Assembly: GCA_963666285.1 (NCBI GenBank)
Contig: OY762711.1
Direction: 5' to 3' (one strand)
Length of the DNA: 64,000 bases
DNA from: Sedimentisphaerales bacterium
GTDB lineage: Bacteria; Planctomycetota; Phycisphaerae; Sedimentisphaerales; SM23-30
A program made the translations under genes and the position numbers. Under the pieces are notes generated by a model. The model ran no database searches. It was given only the letters and a program-made list of their open reading frames with translations, and was not told the origin of the DNA. Shown piece by piece: positions 40,245 to 50,221 of the stretch. Each line of letters opens with the position of its first letter. The first letter of the stretch is position 1.

Positions 40245-41144
40245 ATGAAAACTAGTATATTTTGCATGTTGGCAGTAATTTTGACAGGATATTCGCTGAT
40301 GGCAGCTGATATCCTGGACAGCAGCATCCAGACAGACCAGGCAATATTGTCTCTGGAGGCTAAAGTAAAAGATGTGGTTTTGGCAGATAGTGATTTTGAT
40401 TCAGCATTGAAATTGTATGCTAATGCTGCCAGAGAGAACGCTGATAATTCCTATTATAAAGATCAGTATTCAATTCTGCGTCGTGTTATTAAAATGAAAA
40501 CTGCTTTGGATAAGGCAGCTGGTACTACTGATAATCTTAACGATACCGTAATCAAAAGATTATCAACTTATTATCAGGCAGTTCGAGCTTACTATTATTC
40601 AAAGGGTTTTTATTCAGAATCCCTGAAGCTTGATGACATGGCAATGAAATTGATCCCCGGAGAGCAGCAGGCACTGAATTATGCCGAAAGTGTTGTTGTT
40701 GTCAATCCAGATAATGCTCTAGAAACAGTTTCTGGTATTAGTGCTGATTCTGAAAACGGTGCAGGGCAGATCGAATTGTACAATTTACTTTTGCAATCAA
40801 GAAAAGCCAAGTCTGATAATTTGCAGGCTGCGGTTGATAAGATCAAAGTGAATCCAGAGGCAGATCCTGAAAGTCTTGTGTATCTCGCATGCATCTATAA
40901 GAATGCAGGTGACCAGGCAAAAGCATATGAATATGTCCAGATGGCATTAGAACATACAGTTCCATCTGAGATTAATGGTACCAGAATCCTTGCTTCCAGT
41001 ATGGAAGAATTTAAGGGTGAAGCAAATGGTAAAGAGTTTGTTGAGGTACTTAAAACTGAAAGTAAAGTAGCTCAGTCCGGCTGTACCGGAGGCAGCAGCT
41101 GTAACAGTTGTTCCTTGAAAGGGAAATGCAGCAGTACAAAATAG
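40245..41144 (+). CDS. Secreted helical/TPR-like protein with a Cys-rich C-terminal tail
   Basis: Signal peptide; LVYLACIYKNAGDQAKAYEY TPR-like segment; ends SGCTGGSSCNSCSLKGKCSSTK. Confidence 0.75.
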   Translation: MKTSIFCMLAVILTGYSLMAADILDSSIQTDQAILSLEAKVKDVVLADSDFDSALKLYANAARENADNSYYKDQYSILRRVIKMKTALDKAAGTTDNLNDTVIKRLSTYYQAVRAYYYSKGFYSESLKLDDMAMKLIPGEQQALNYAESVVVVNPDNALETVSGISADSENGAGQIELYNLLLQSRKAKSDNLQAAVDKIKVNPEADPESLVYLACIYKNAGDQAKAYEYVQMALEHTVPSEINGTRILASSMEEFKGEANGKEFVEVLKTESKVAQSGCTGGSSCNSCSLKGKCSSTK

Positions 41145-41195
41145 TAATAATAATTTCGGTTCTAGCATAAAACCATAGTTCCAGAGGTTTTTTTA

Positions 41196-42386
41196 ATGAA
41201 AAAATTTAGATACGGTGTTCATGCGATAGTATTTATTGCCGGATTGATATTGCTGTTTGGCTTAAGTTTTAATGTTGAAGCTTTCTGTCCGTTTGGTGCA
41301 GTTGAGTCGATGTTTACTTTTTTCCATGACGGGCAATTGCTATGCTCTTTAGGCATAGGTAACTACTATATGCTTATCGCGGTAGTAATTGTTACTATTC
41401 TATTCAGAAGAGTGTTTTGCGGATATATATGCCCGATTGGCATTATTTCAGCTTTTCTGAGAAAGGTCTCGGCATTTTTAAAGATTAAACAGCTGGCAGT
41501 ACCAACAAAGCTGGATAAGGCATTGTCGTTTGTTCGCTATTTAGTTCTTATATTAGTACTTTTTTTTACCGCCCAGCTGGCAACTCTGGTCTATAGAAAT
41601 GTTAGCCCTTGTATTATCATAGCCTCCAGCGAAGAAGAGATTGAAAAAAGTACTTATATAGCCGGGGCAATAACCGTGATAGCTTCATTGCTGATATATA
41701 TGCCGTTTTGTCGCTGGTTTTGTCCTTTTGCGATAGTGCAAAACATCTTTTCAAAATTTGGATTGGCAAAGATCCATCGAGATGAATCTACTTGTGTTAA
41801 TTGCGGGAAATGTGCGGCGGCATGTCCGATGAAGCTGGAAGTGGATAAGGTTAAAACTGTTAATTCAGCAGATTGTATTTCCTGTTTTGAATGTATCGAG
41901 GCATGTCCGATTGTCTGTGATAGCCAGGGAAAGAAACCAGCAAAGGTTCTTTCATGGCGTATGCCGGTAGTAGGGGTGATTTCCAGTCCGCCTAAGGTGT
42001 TAACGGCCTTTTTTGTGGTTTCAGCCCTGGCTGTGGCATTTGCAGTGAATAAAATGCCGTTTTCAACATATCGATATTCAAGAGAATTACCCGTGCCGAG
42101 CGAGATAAAACTGGTTGAATTTGAAACCAAAGGGGTGTCATGTGCCGGCAGTGCCCAACTATTTATCTACTTTTTGAATCGCGAAGATATTTCAGAAATA
42201 GAGGGTTATCTTGAAGTTGTTACCAGCCCTAAAGACGGTTGGACAAGTGTGAAATTATGGTATGATCCGGAATTGACCGACGAAGATTCAATTTTTGAAG
42301 CTATAACAGAGCCGTACTATGATGAAAAAGAGAGTCGCTGGCGAGCGAGTCCTTTTGAAATAAAAGGTTTTGATATTTTGGAATAA
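41196..42386 (+). CDS. 4Fe-4S binding membrane protein (NapH/MauN/RdxA-like) with a C-terminal HMA-like domain
   Basis: FCPFG, FCGYICP and FCRWFCP motifs; two CxxCxxCxxxCP ferredoxin motifs; C-terminal KGVSCAGSA...YDPELTD. Confidence 0.88.
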   Translation: MKKFRYGVHAIVFIAGLILLFGLSFNVEAFCPFGAVESMFTFFHDGQLLCSLGIGNYYMLIAVVIVTILFRRVFCGYICPIGIISAFLRKVSAFLKIKQLAVPTKLDKALSFVRYLVLILVLFFTAQLATLVYRNVSPCIIIASSEEEIEKSTYIAGAITVIASLLIYMPFCRWFCPFAIVQNIFSKFGLAKIHRDESTCVNCGKCAAACPMKLEVDKVKTVNSADCISCFECIEACPIVCDSQGKKPAKVLSWRMPVVGVISSPPKVLTAFFVVSALAVAFAVNKMPFSTYRYSRELPVPSEIKLVEFETKGVSCAGSAQLFIYFLNREDISEIEGYLEVVTSPKDGWTSVKLWYDPELTDEDSIFEAITEPYYDEKESRWRASPFEIKGFDILE

Positions 42387-42430
42387 CTGTGTAATTTTCA
42401 GTTTAAGGAATTGCAATTATAATGAAATAT

Positions 42431-42467
42431 AAGTCCTTGTGAGCGTTAAGCTGGCGAGGACTTTTTT
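42431..42467 (+). terminator. Intrinsic terminator ending the cluster
   Basis: AAGTCCTTGT...GCGAGGACTT followed by TTTT. Confidence 0.8.
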
Positions 42468-42639
42468 GTTGGTTCAGAGTGTCCGTTCGGTAAAGTACCC
42501 GTTGTAAGTTTATATGGAGTTGATAAAATCTGTTCTGGTTGATTGAATATACCAACACCCCAATTAGTACAGGATTATTTATGGAGAAATCAGGCAGATA
42601 AGGTAAGATATCTTTCGCACAATATTTATGGGGCTAATT

Positions 42640-44460
42640 AGAGCTTGTCCGCAAATTATGATTTTTGAATAGATAGTATTTTCGGCATGGTTTCCGGTGA
42701 TGTTTTTGGCTGTAATTACACAGGCAATGTGTATTTTGCTGGTGTACTTGACAGATTTGTCGGTTTCAGCGCGCAGTATTTCTATGGAATTATCAAATAG
42801 AATCCAGATTTAAGCCACTTTTCCCCGTTCTTTTTCCTGGGCAAGTTTTATTCTGGCCAGAACCCAGAGATTATGAGACAAGATACTTAATCCCATGTGG
42901 ACTTCACGGTTATCAAAACCCTTCTGTTTCATAGGCGAACCACAAAAACAATTACTCAAAATACTGATTCTTGCTTCTGTCTGACTGCGTCTTATTTGAG
43001 CCTGCCTGAAAGCATCTTCCTGAAGCCTTTCTGCCAGCAATGCCGGATCACATGGACAAACCGCATTGAATATGTCATTTTTCTTCATGTATTGGCGATT
43101 CTTTGCACTATCAAAACCACGGTCACCTGCCAGCAGATTGACTTTACAGCCAAGCTTATCCTTAATACGTTTATGACCAGACTCAAGCATTGTTTTATCG
43201 GCAGGTGTCTGATCGCGATAATACTTCCAGGCGACGATCAAACCGTCAGGTTGTTCTGCTAGATACAGCTTATTGCCAAACTCAGTCTCAGCTCCGGCTT
43301 TGCGGCGAACTATCACATTGACATCAGGTTCGTATATACTCAATATCTTATCTTTATTGTCAACCCTGCGGTTTCCGATTATGCGTTCATGAGCTTGTTT
43401 TACTGCATCAGCAAGTTTACTTATAACTCCGGTAATCTGTTTGATTATCTGCTGAACATTACCAAAGGTAATATCTGCCGTTTTCCAGTTGTTTTCCAGC
43501 TTTTCCAAGTGATTATTCGAATGTTTTGATACACATCTAACCAGACGTTTCATCTTCCTTAAAATATTCTTACGCTGCTTTTTAGCCCCTTTTATACGTT
43601 GAGCAAATGTCATTTCCATGCAAAGCTTATTCATCTTCGAGATAAATCCAGATGGCTCAAAGGGCATGCGACATAATATACCAGCTTTGCGAATACGAGC
43701 TACAGCTTTCATCAATGTACGAGTAGAATCTCTTAATAATAACCAATCTACCGGATAGTGTATGTTAGCGTCTATGCAGGTGCAGTCGAAATATGCCTGA
43801 CTAAAATCCAAAGGTTCCAATATAATTGAATCATTCTGTACCTCTGCAAATAGCATTCTTTCTACCTGGTCGATCAAATAAGGAGATATGGCATTTTCCA
43901 GATCATTTATACGAGTTTTACCGGGTATTCGAGGGACTTCAAAGCGATTTATGCCGCAAAACCATTGATAGAGGTCACTATGCGATAATGCCAAAGAAAA
44001 TTTACGTAAAGATAAGTTTAGACGCTTGCGAAGAATGGATATCCTCAATGCCATAATAGCTTCAATATGGATATTAAGACGATCGTAATGCGTTAACCTG
44101 ACAGCTTTGCCGGTACCAAAATATACTATGGTCTTTTCAACATAGGATCTATTGAGAAAATACTGGATGAATAAAGTCTCAATACCGCCGGCTTCAACTA
44201 TCCGATCAATGTCGATCAGGAACTAGCGTTCCTGACGATATTCAAAATTGCCAAATTCCAGTGGAATATCTTTGTCAAATAACTGCTGAACTGGTAAAAT
44301 CTCTAACATAGGTGTGGCTCCTTTTTTAAGGTAAAATGATTTGCAAGACCATTTTATAACACACCTATTTTACTCCTTTTTACCCAAAACGCACCATATA
44401 ATTCTAAAATTACAGCGTAACTATCTCAAAAAAATAAACTTACAACTACGGACAGACTCT
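42640..44460 (-). mobile_element. IS5-family insertion sequence (~1.8 kb)
   Basis: Imperfect TIRs: AGAGCTTGTCCGCA (left) versus the reverse complement of the right end, AGAGTCTGTCCGTA. They enclose a DDE transposase. Confidence 0.75.
42810..44309 (-). pseudogene. IS5-family transposase with a premature amber stop at codon 29
   Basis: ATG 44309 with AAGGAG RBS is in frame with ORF 42810-44054, interrupted by TAG at 44225-44223. Motifs DCTCIDANIHYPVD, KILSIYEP, EFGNK, GDRGF, RSQTEARI. Confidence 0.85.
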
Positions 44461-44489
44461 AGGTAACCAGAAGAAATGACTTCAAATTG

Positions 44490-44910
44490 AAACGGTTAGA
44501 GCAATCGACCGGAAACGTTCAGGACTTGAAGTATGCCATAAAAACTGATGAAGCCAGAGTAAAGCATGAGCCAGGTGATTTGGTACGTACCACAGTTGAA
44601 GATACGTTAAACGCCATGCTTGATGCCGAGACAGACCAAACTTTAATGCGGCAAGATATGAGAGGAGCGAAGCTCGTAAAGATACCAGAGCTGGATTTTA
44701 CGACTGTAAGCTGCATACCAAAGCCGGTGAGGTCAATTTGAAGGTCCCCCCAAGTTGCGTGAGATCACATTCGAGACAGCCATAATTGAGCGTTATAAGC
44801 GTCGTGAATCATCCGTGGAAAAATCACTTATAGAAATAGTACTTGGCAGGTGTATTTGTCCGTAGAGTTGAAGATATTACCCAGGCATTATGGGGAACCA
44901 AAGTCTTAAG
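44490..44910 (+). pseudogene. IS256-family (Mutator-type) transposase N-terminal relic, frameshifted and truncated
   Basis: Pieces in different frames: LVRTTVEDTLNAMLDAE / NAARYERSEARKDTRAG / KAGEVNLKVP / KLREITFETAIIERYKRRESSVE / YLAGVFVRRVEDITQALWG. Confidence 0.85.
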
Positions 44911-44984
44911 CCTGTCAAGATGAGTAAGTATGAATTGGTGGTGTAGAAATAATTTTCAGATATATCTAAAGAATTCAAGGAATG

Positions 44985-46463
44985 TCAGGCACTTACACGT
45001 GTTGTATATTGGTTGCTATTGTCAGATATATTGTGGAAAATATTATTTGTTACGGTTAAACCGGATTGATGTTTACTTGACATTTTGGTTTCTCCGGCGA
45101 TTAATTTTGTAAGATTATTAACCATTATGTTCACTTGTTCGGCTTGAGAAGACAGTTCTTCTGAAGCCGAAGCACCTTCTTCTGAGCTGGAAGCGTTTTC
45201 CTGGGTAACGTTATCAATATTGGCGATCGCTTCATTAATGTGCGAAATATTCATCGCCTGATTCTGGCAAGAAGTGTCAATTTCAGAAAGCAGACCAGCC
45301 ATCTTATTTATTATCGTAGATATGCCAACTAAACCCAGGTCAACATCTTTGCAGATTGATACACCTTCTTCGGCATTACATTTTGATTCGCTAAGCATTT
45401 CTGATGTATTTTTGGCTGCTTCAGCACATCTCATAGACAAGCTTCTAACTTCTTCGGCAACGACAGCAAATCCTTTGCCAGCCTCACCAGCTCTGGCTGC
45501 TTCAACAGCTGCATTTAAAGCAAGCAGGTTGGTCTGAAAGGCAATGCCATCAATGACAGTAATTATTTTTGAGATTTCTTCGGAAGATTGTTTTATTTTA
45601 TTTATTGCTATATTCATCTTTTCCATGGCATTGATGCTATTATTTGAAGCTATTGTTGCTTCGTTAGCAAAAGAGTTGGCAGTAGCGGTATTGTTGGCGT
45701 TATTGTTTATCATGCCTGTCATTTCATTTATGTTTGTATTTGATTCTTCAAGACATGCCGCTTGTTCACTTGCCCCCTGAGCCAGGTTTTGAGATGAAAT
45801 AGATATTTGGGTAGATGCTTGTGAAATCTGCACAATACTTTCCTGGATATTGATAACGGAATTGAGAAGCTTTCTTAAAATTATTCGCCGCACGTAGATT
45901 ATGATGCCTGCATAAAAAATCAGCGAGAAAACACATACAGCAATTAGCATTATTTTAATATGTTCCATAGCTTTAGTTGCTATCCGGTCATATTTTTCAG
46001 TTATTTCAGAGCATTTATTATGGAAATTTCTGGCATTTGTTACAAGTATAGAACTTAACGGATTATCCGAGGTAAAAGAATCTTTGCCTGACTTTGTAAT
46101 TTCAAGAAATGTTTTTTCATAATTACGACAATAATCCGACAACTCTTGAAAGTAATTTGAATTTGCCGAATCCAGGTTTTCGTCAATGGTAGAGTGAATT
46201 TTGTTAATACAGTCCTGCCATTTTTCTACAGCATTTTTTGTGTCGTTTTGATAACGTTCAAACCCTCTTAGCTGAAAGTTCTTTTCCTGTCTACGCGCTT
46301 GCAGTAACAGTTCGTTTAGCTTTACAACGGTTTTGTAGTCATTGTAATTATCTTTATTGGTTGTAAATTTGTTAATAGATAAGAATGTTGAAGAAATAGA
46401 TACTACTGCCATAAGAATCATAATCATTGTTAGATTACTGATCATGCTGTTTTTTGAAACCAT
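44985..46463 (-). CDS. Methyl-accepting chemotaxis protein
   Basis: [36 protein letters not shown] signalling hairpin, with two TM helices flanking a helical sensor domain. Confidence 0.95.
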   Translation of the reverse strand: MVSKNSMISNLTMIMILMAVVSISSTFLSINKFTTNKDNYNDYKTVVKLNELLLQARRQEKNFQLRGFERYQNDTKNAVEKWQDCINKIHSTIDENLDSANSNYFQELSDYCRNYEKTFLEITKSGKDSFTSDNPLSSILVTNARNFHNKCSEITEKYDRIATKAMEHIKIMLIAVCVFSLIFYAGIIIYVRRIILRKLLNSVINIQESIVQISQASTQISISSQNLAQGASEQAACLEESNTNINEMTGMINNNANNTATANSFANEATIASNNSINAMEKMNIAINKIKQSSEEISKIITVIDGIAFQTNLLALNAAVEAARAGEAGKGFAVVAEEVRSLSMRCAEAAKNTSEMLSESKCNAEEGVSICKDVDLGLVGISTIINKMAGLLSEIDTSCQNQAMNISHINEAIANIDNVTQENASSSEEGASASEELSSQAEQVNIMVNNLTKLIAGETKMSSKHQSGLTVTNNIFHNISDNSNQYTTRVSA

Positions 46464-46735
46464 ATTGCACTCCCATTTTTATATTAAAGAGTTAATTTTT
46501 GACCTTCAAATATATCGTTTTTTGAGGGAGGATTATATTAATAAAATATTTGTTCAGTTTTAATAATATGGTTGTAACATGTTTTATTTTAAGTATTTGA
46601 ATAAAGTAAAATAATGTATATGATGATATTTCTTTATCGATTAAATAACAATTATAAGACTATATTAAAAAATGATATAAGGCGATACAGGTGAAATAGG
46701 GGATGGAGTCCTGTAATTTATTTTCCAGGAAGAAA

Positions 46736-48043
46736 TTATTTACCGATGAAATAATGGCTATTTTGTCCCATGGGAGTAACACCCATCAAGGCAGTTACTG
46801 GCGTTGAGGCATATGCCGGGTTGGTAATAACCAACTCACCTGATGAATTAACTGAAAATTCAGGAGTACCTAAACCAGCCTGGTTAAAATTCCTGGAATT
46901 GCATAAAATGGAGACTGTACCATTTTGGCCATAACCGTTATGTGATATATGAAGTAAATATCGGTAGTCATAGAAATCAGCAGTTAAAATGACGGTAACC
47001 AAAGATCCTAGCATATTGGTTTTGCTTTCAGTAATTGCAGTAGTTTCTGAGTTAAGCTTTCTGGTTACAGAAAATGGGCATCTGGAAAGATTTATGCCGC
47101 CAGCTTCGTTGGTAGCAGACCATTGATTAAGTTGAAAATTACCGAATGTGAAGTCGGCATCCCAGCTGATAACATTTCCATGGTGGTTGACGGGAACGGA
47201 TGTGCCGGCAATTACCGGCTTGCTGTCTGTGTTGAAAATTTCAAGAGTAATTGCCCCGTGGGTGGTAATCTTACTGCCGGGAGATACATTGGCTTCTATA
47301 ATATTTATTTTTTCACGAGTCCAAATCTGGAAATCCATAGGTGCGTTATATACATACAGCAATTCATTTGGGTCGCCGGTACCAATCTTAATGGCAGGGC
47401 TAAGAACACCATCGATGTTATTGATAGTGCAGCCTTTAATTCCGGAACCATGAAATGAGGCATCGCCAGCGCCTTTATTATAATAGATAGCTGTTTCTAC
47501 GATAAAATCGCAATCCTGGGCCACGGAATATTCGGTAAAAGTGCCAGGGGCTATATCGTTGGAATAAATAATTCCATATTTAAGATGTGAAAATTTACAA
47601 TCTCTGATTCTAACACCGCAGGTACCTCTGATTTCTATTCCATATTCTTCGTTGTTTCCCTTTATGGTAAATGAAGTAATCTCAGAGGCATTACAAGCTC
47701 CGCTGCCGCCATAAGTTTTGAATACTGGCTGACCGGCCGGTATGCCGGAAATGTCAATGATTGTCTGAGAGGCATTCTCTCCAACAATATTAACCATCGA
47801 AAAAGAATCATTTAAGTTTGGCAGGGGAGAAGATATGAAGTATGTTCCGCAGGGGATAAACATGGTTTTATAGCCATTGCTTTTACAATATTCGATTGTT
47901 GATTTAAAGGCTTCCGTATCATCTAAAGCATCAGATCCATTAGCTCCATGCGTTATAACATTTGTATTATGATCGGAAAAATCCGGATAGCAGGCCATTG
48001 CCATTGACGTACAAAATAAAACTGCAACAATCCATTGTTTCAT
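46736..48043 (-). CDS. Secreted right-handed beta-helix protein (Pectate_lyase_3 / GH28-related N-terminus)
   Basis: NVITHGANGSDALDDTEAF...MFIPCGTYFIS motif. Signal peptide starts at ATG 48043, which follows GGAG. Confidence 0.75.
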   Translation of the reverse strand: MKQWIVAVLFCTSMAMACYPDFSDHNTNVITHGANGSDALDDTEAFKSTIEYCKSNGYKTMFIPCGTYFISSPLPNLNDSFSMVNIVGENASQTIIDISGIPAGQPVFKTYGGSGACNASEITSFTIKGNNEEYGIEIRGTCGVRIRDCKFSHLKYGIIYSNDIAPGTFTEYSVAQDCDFIVETAIYYNKGAGDASFHGSGIKGCTINNIDGVLSPAIKIGTGDPNELLYVYNAPMDFQIWTREKINIIEANVSPGSKITTHGAITLEIFNTDSKPVIAGTSVPVNHHGNVISWDADFTFGNFQLNQWSATNEAGGINLSRCPFSVTRKLNSETTAITESKTNMLGSLVTVILTADFYDYRYLLHISHNGYGQNGTVSILCNSRNFNQAGLGTPEFSVNSSGELVITNPAYASTPVTALMGVTPMGQNSHYFIGK

Positions 48044-48133
48044 AAAAAACTCCATGTTTCTTTAAGTATTATTTGCCTGTAGGTGTGTGGTTTATGCTTT
48101 ACCTTACATTAAGTTAGCACTGTGCTCGATTTG

Positions 48134-49963
48134 CTACTTTTTGTCTTTGCCTCCACCCAGCAGGTTTTTAAGTCCGTTACCCAGGTCATCTGTTTTGATG
48201 ATGTCTTTTAGTTCCCCGGGTATCTTGTCGCCCAGGTTCTTTTCCAGTTGTTTATCGACTTCTTCGGCGAGTCTGGCTTTACCAGCTTGTTCGAGTTTGT
48301 CTTTGAAGGTTTTATTGAGTGATTCACTGTCAAATACTATTTTAGGGTCAGTTACAGGTCCGACAATCTGCATTGTCAGGTCCAGGTTATTCATAACTTT
48401 CAGTACCTCGGCAGATGTTTTTTGGTCGAGTCCAAACAGTCCCTTTCCGCCAGCATTGGCCTGCAGGTCTTTTATGTTAATTTTTAGCGACAGGTCAATA
48501 CGATTATCTGTTAATTGCCCTTCGATAGTACCTGAGGCCTTGCCGCTGCTGAACTGCATGGCATTGCCGCTGTTCATGGCAGACTGCATCAGGCCCATGT
48601 CAATTCCGTCAAACATTCCACTGATTTTACCAGGTTCTTCGTTTGCCTCGAAATGCCAGATGAGATTGACGTGGGCACCGCCACTCTGTGACTGAATGTC
48701 AATTTCAACCGGCAATCCGGCAGCCGCTGGTGCGTTACTGACATTAGCGACCGTAATTGTACTGAGCCCGAACTGGTCGATGGCCAGTTCCACTTTGTCG
48801 GCAATAATTTTCTTAGCCAGCATTTTGACGGTGGGTGACCGGTCTGATACTGCGGTCAGGTAGTCCAGGTATTTATGCGGAACTGCCGGTTCTTCCTCAT
48901 TCTTTTCTGATTGCGGGATCCAGTTGCGGATTTTATCGATCCATTCTTTGATCTTTTTGGCATTGGTAAAGTATTTATCGAGAGTGCCAAGATCGACATT
49001 GTCGATGTTCGAATCGGTTTGCTCAGACTGCTCAGATGTAGTTTGCTCCGTTTTTTCAATTACCTGACCTGGTGTTTCCCGTTTCTGATCGAACTTCACA
49101 TCTGAGACCAGAACCTCATCCATTACCAGTCGACCAACTGACAGGTCGTAGACATTGGCTTTTGCGGCAATCTGGGCAATCTGAACTTTGTTCTGTGATG
49201 GGATTTCCCTGTCTGTCATTCCAATGGCGGAGATCGATACCTTTCCAGAAGCTGGTGAAAGGCTTAACGACTCAATGTCTACGGTTGCTCCGTTGATAGA
49301 TGTTAAGGTGTTGGAAGCCATATTGCTAATCAACGAATCTTTCGCAAATATGGTAAGAGCGATAAAGATCGCGAGAATAAGAACGGCCAGGGCGGCACCG
49401 GCCTTTCTCAAGTATACTGTTTTGGCTTCGAGTGCGGTTTTGGCATCTTTTGCCCGTTTGCCGATCAGGATCCTGTCCATTATTTTTACATATCGTTTTG
49501 ATTGCCACTGGGCGAATTTTTCTGAACCATTTTCAAGCTTAAACCAGGTTTTTCGGAAACCAAGTATCATATATCCGACGATTAGACCGAAGATAATTCC
49601 ACAGACAGGCCCGATTATTATGGACCCGGCTACTGCAGGTCGATTAAAATTGGTTAATCCAATAATCGGGATTGAGCCCAGGGTTTGAAGCATCCAGGCC
49701 ATATGGTCCTGTATATAAAGTCCTGCATGGTAGAGAGCTGGCGCTGCGGCCAAACATAATGTTTTGCCCAACCCGGCGAAAAGCAAAAACAGACCCACCG
49801 GTACATTTAGCAGTACAAGGGCGATTAAAATTACGGCATGGATACCTGAAAATCCGGGAATAAGTCCGAACCAGAACCCCAATCCAACAGCAATACCGGC
49901 CAGTACCGGTGATATTTGTCCGCGGAATAAGGCTACCAGTTTGCGAATTTTCTTCAAAGACAT
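48134..49963 (-). CDS. TIGR03546 (DUF2062-like) + TIGR03545/AsmA-like fusion protein
   Basis: N-terminal GIAVGLGFWFGLIP...LTNFNRPAVAGS membrane domain, then GATVDIESLSLSPASGKVSI AsmA-like start and a KLEQ...LKNLLGG tail. Confidence 0.65.
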   Translation of the reverse strand: MSLKKIRKLVALFRGQISPVLAGIAVGLGFWFGLIPGFSGIHAVILIALVLLNVPVGLFLLFAGLGKTLCLAAAPALYHAGLYIQDHMAWMLQTLGSIPIIGLTNFNRPAVAGSIIIGPVCGIIFGLIVGYMILGFRKTWFKLENGSEKFAQWQSKRYVKIMDRILIGKRAKDAKTALEAKTVYLRKAGAALAVLILAIFIALTIFAKDSLISNMASNTLTSINGATVDIESLSLSPASGKVSISAIGMTDREIPSQNKVQIAQIAAKANVYDLSVGRLVMDEVLVSDVKFDQKRETPGQVIEKTEQTTSEQSEQTDSNIDNVDLGTLDKYFTNAKKIKEWIDKIRNWIPQSEKNEEEPAVPHKYLDYLTAVSDRSPTVKMLAKKIIADKVELAIDQFGLSTITVANVSNAPAAAGLPVEIDIQSQSGGAHVNLIWHFEANEEPGKISGMFDGIDMGLMQSAMNSGNAMQFSSGKASGTIEGQLTDNRIDLSLKINIKDLQANAGGKGLFGLDQKTSAEVLKVMNNLDLTMQIVGPVTDPKIVFDSESLNKTFKDKLEQAGKARLAEEVDKQLEKNLGDKIPGELKDIIKTDDLGNGLKNLLGGGKDKK

Positions 49964-50221
49964 ACGATTTCTCCTGTTTATAATTGTCTGTGTAGTTTCT
50001 ATTTAAAAGAACGTCAAACATAGACAGGAGTATATACGCCTGGCATTTTCTGTTTAGACGCTCAAATTTTTACTTTACGGATCTCCTCGCTACAGAGGTA
50101 ACTATATAATTTTACATCCTTTACTGCTATGTGATCAAGAAAAAACTATTCTAAGCCGGTGTTCTTCTGTTCTTTCTGCAGACAAAGCATCATGTTTTCA
50201 TGTCAAAGCCAATATATGATG

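Noticed and set aside
44223..44225. Pyrrolysine or programmed amber readthrough in the transposase
   Set aside because: No pyl genes in the window, other genes here use TAG as a normal stop, and a nonsense mutation is simpler.
48087..49863. Several antisense and alternate-frame ORFs (up to 202 aa) over the 48134-49963 gene, and similar shadow ORFs elsewhere
   Set aside because: They fully overlap well-supported genes and have no motifs, as expected for shadow ORFs.
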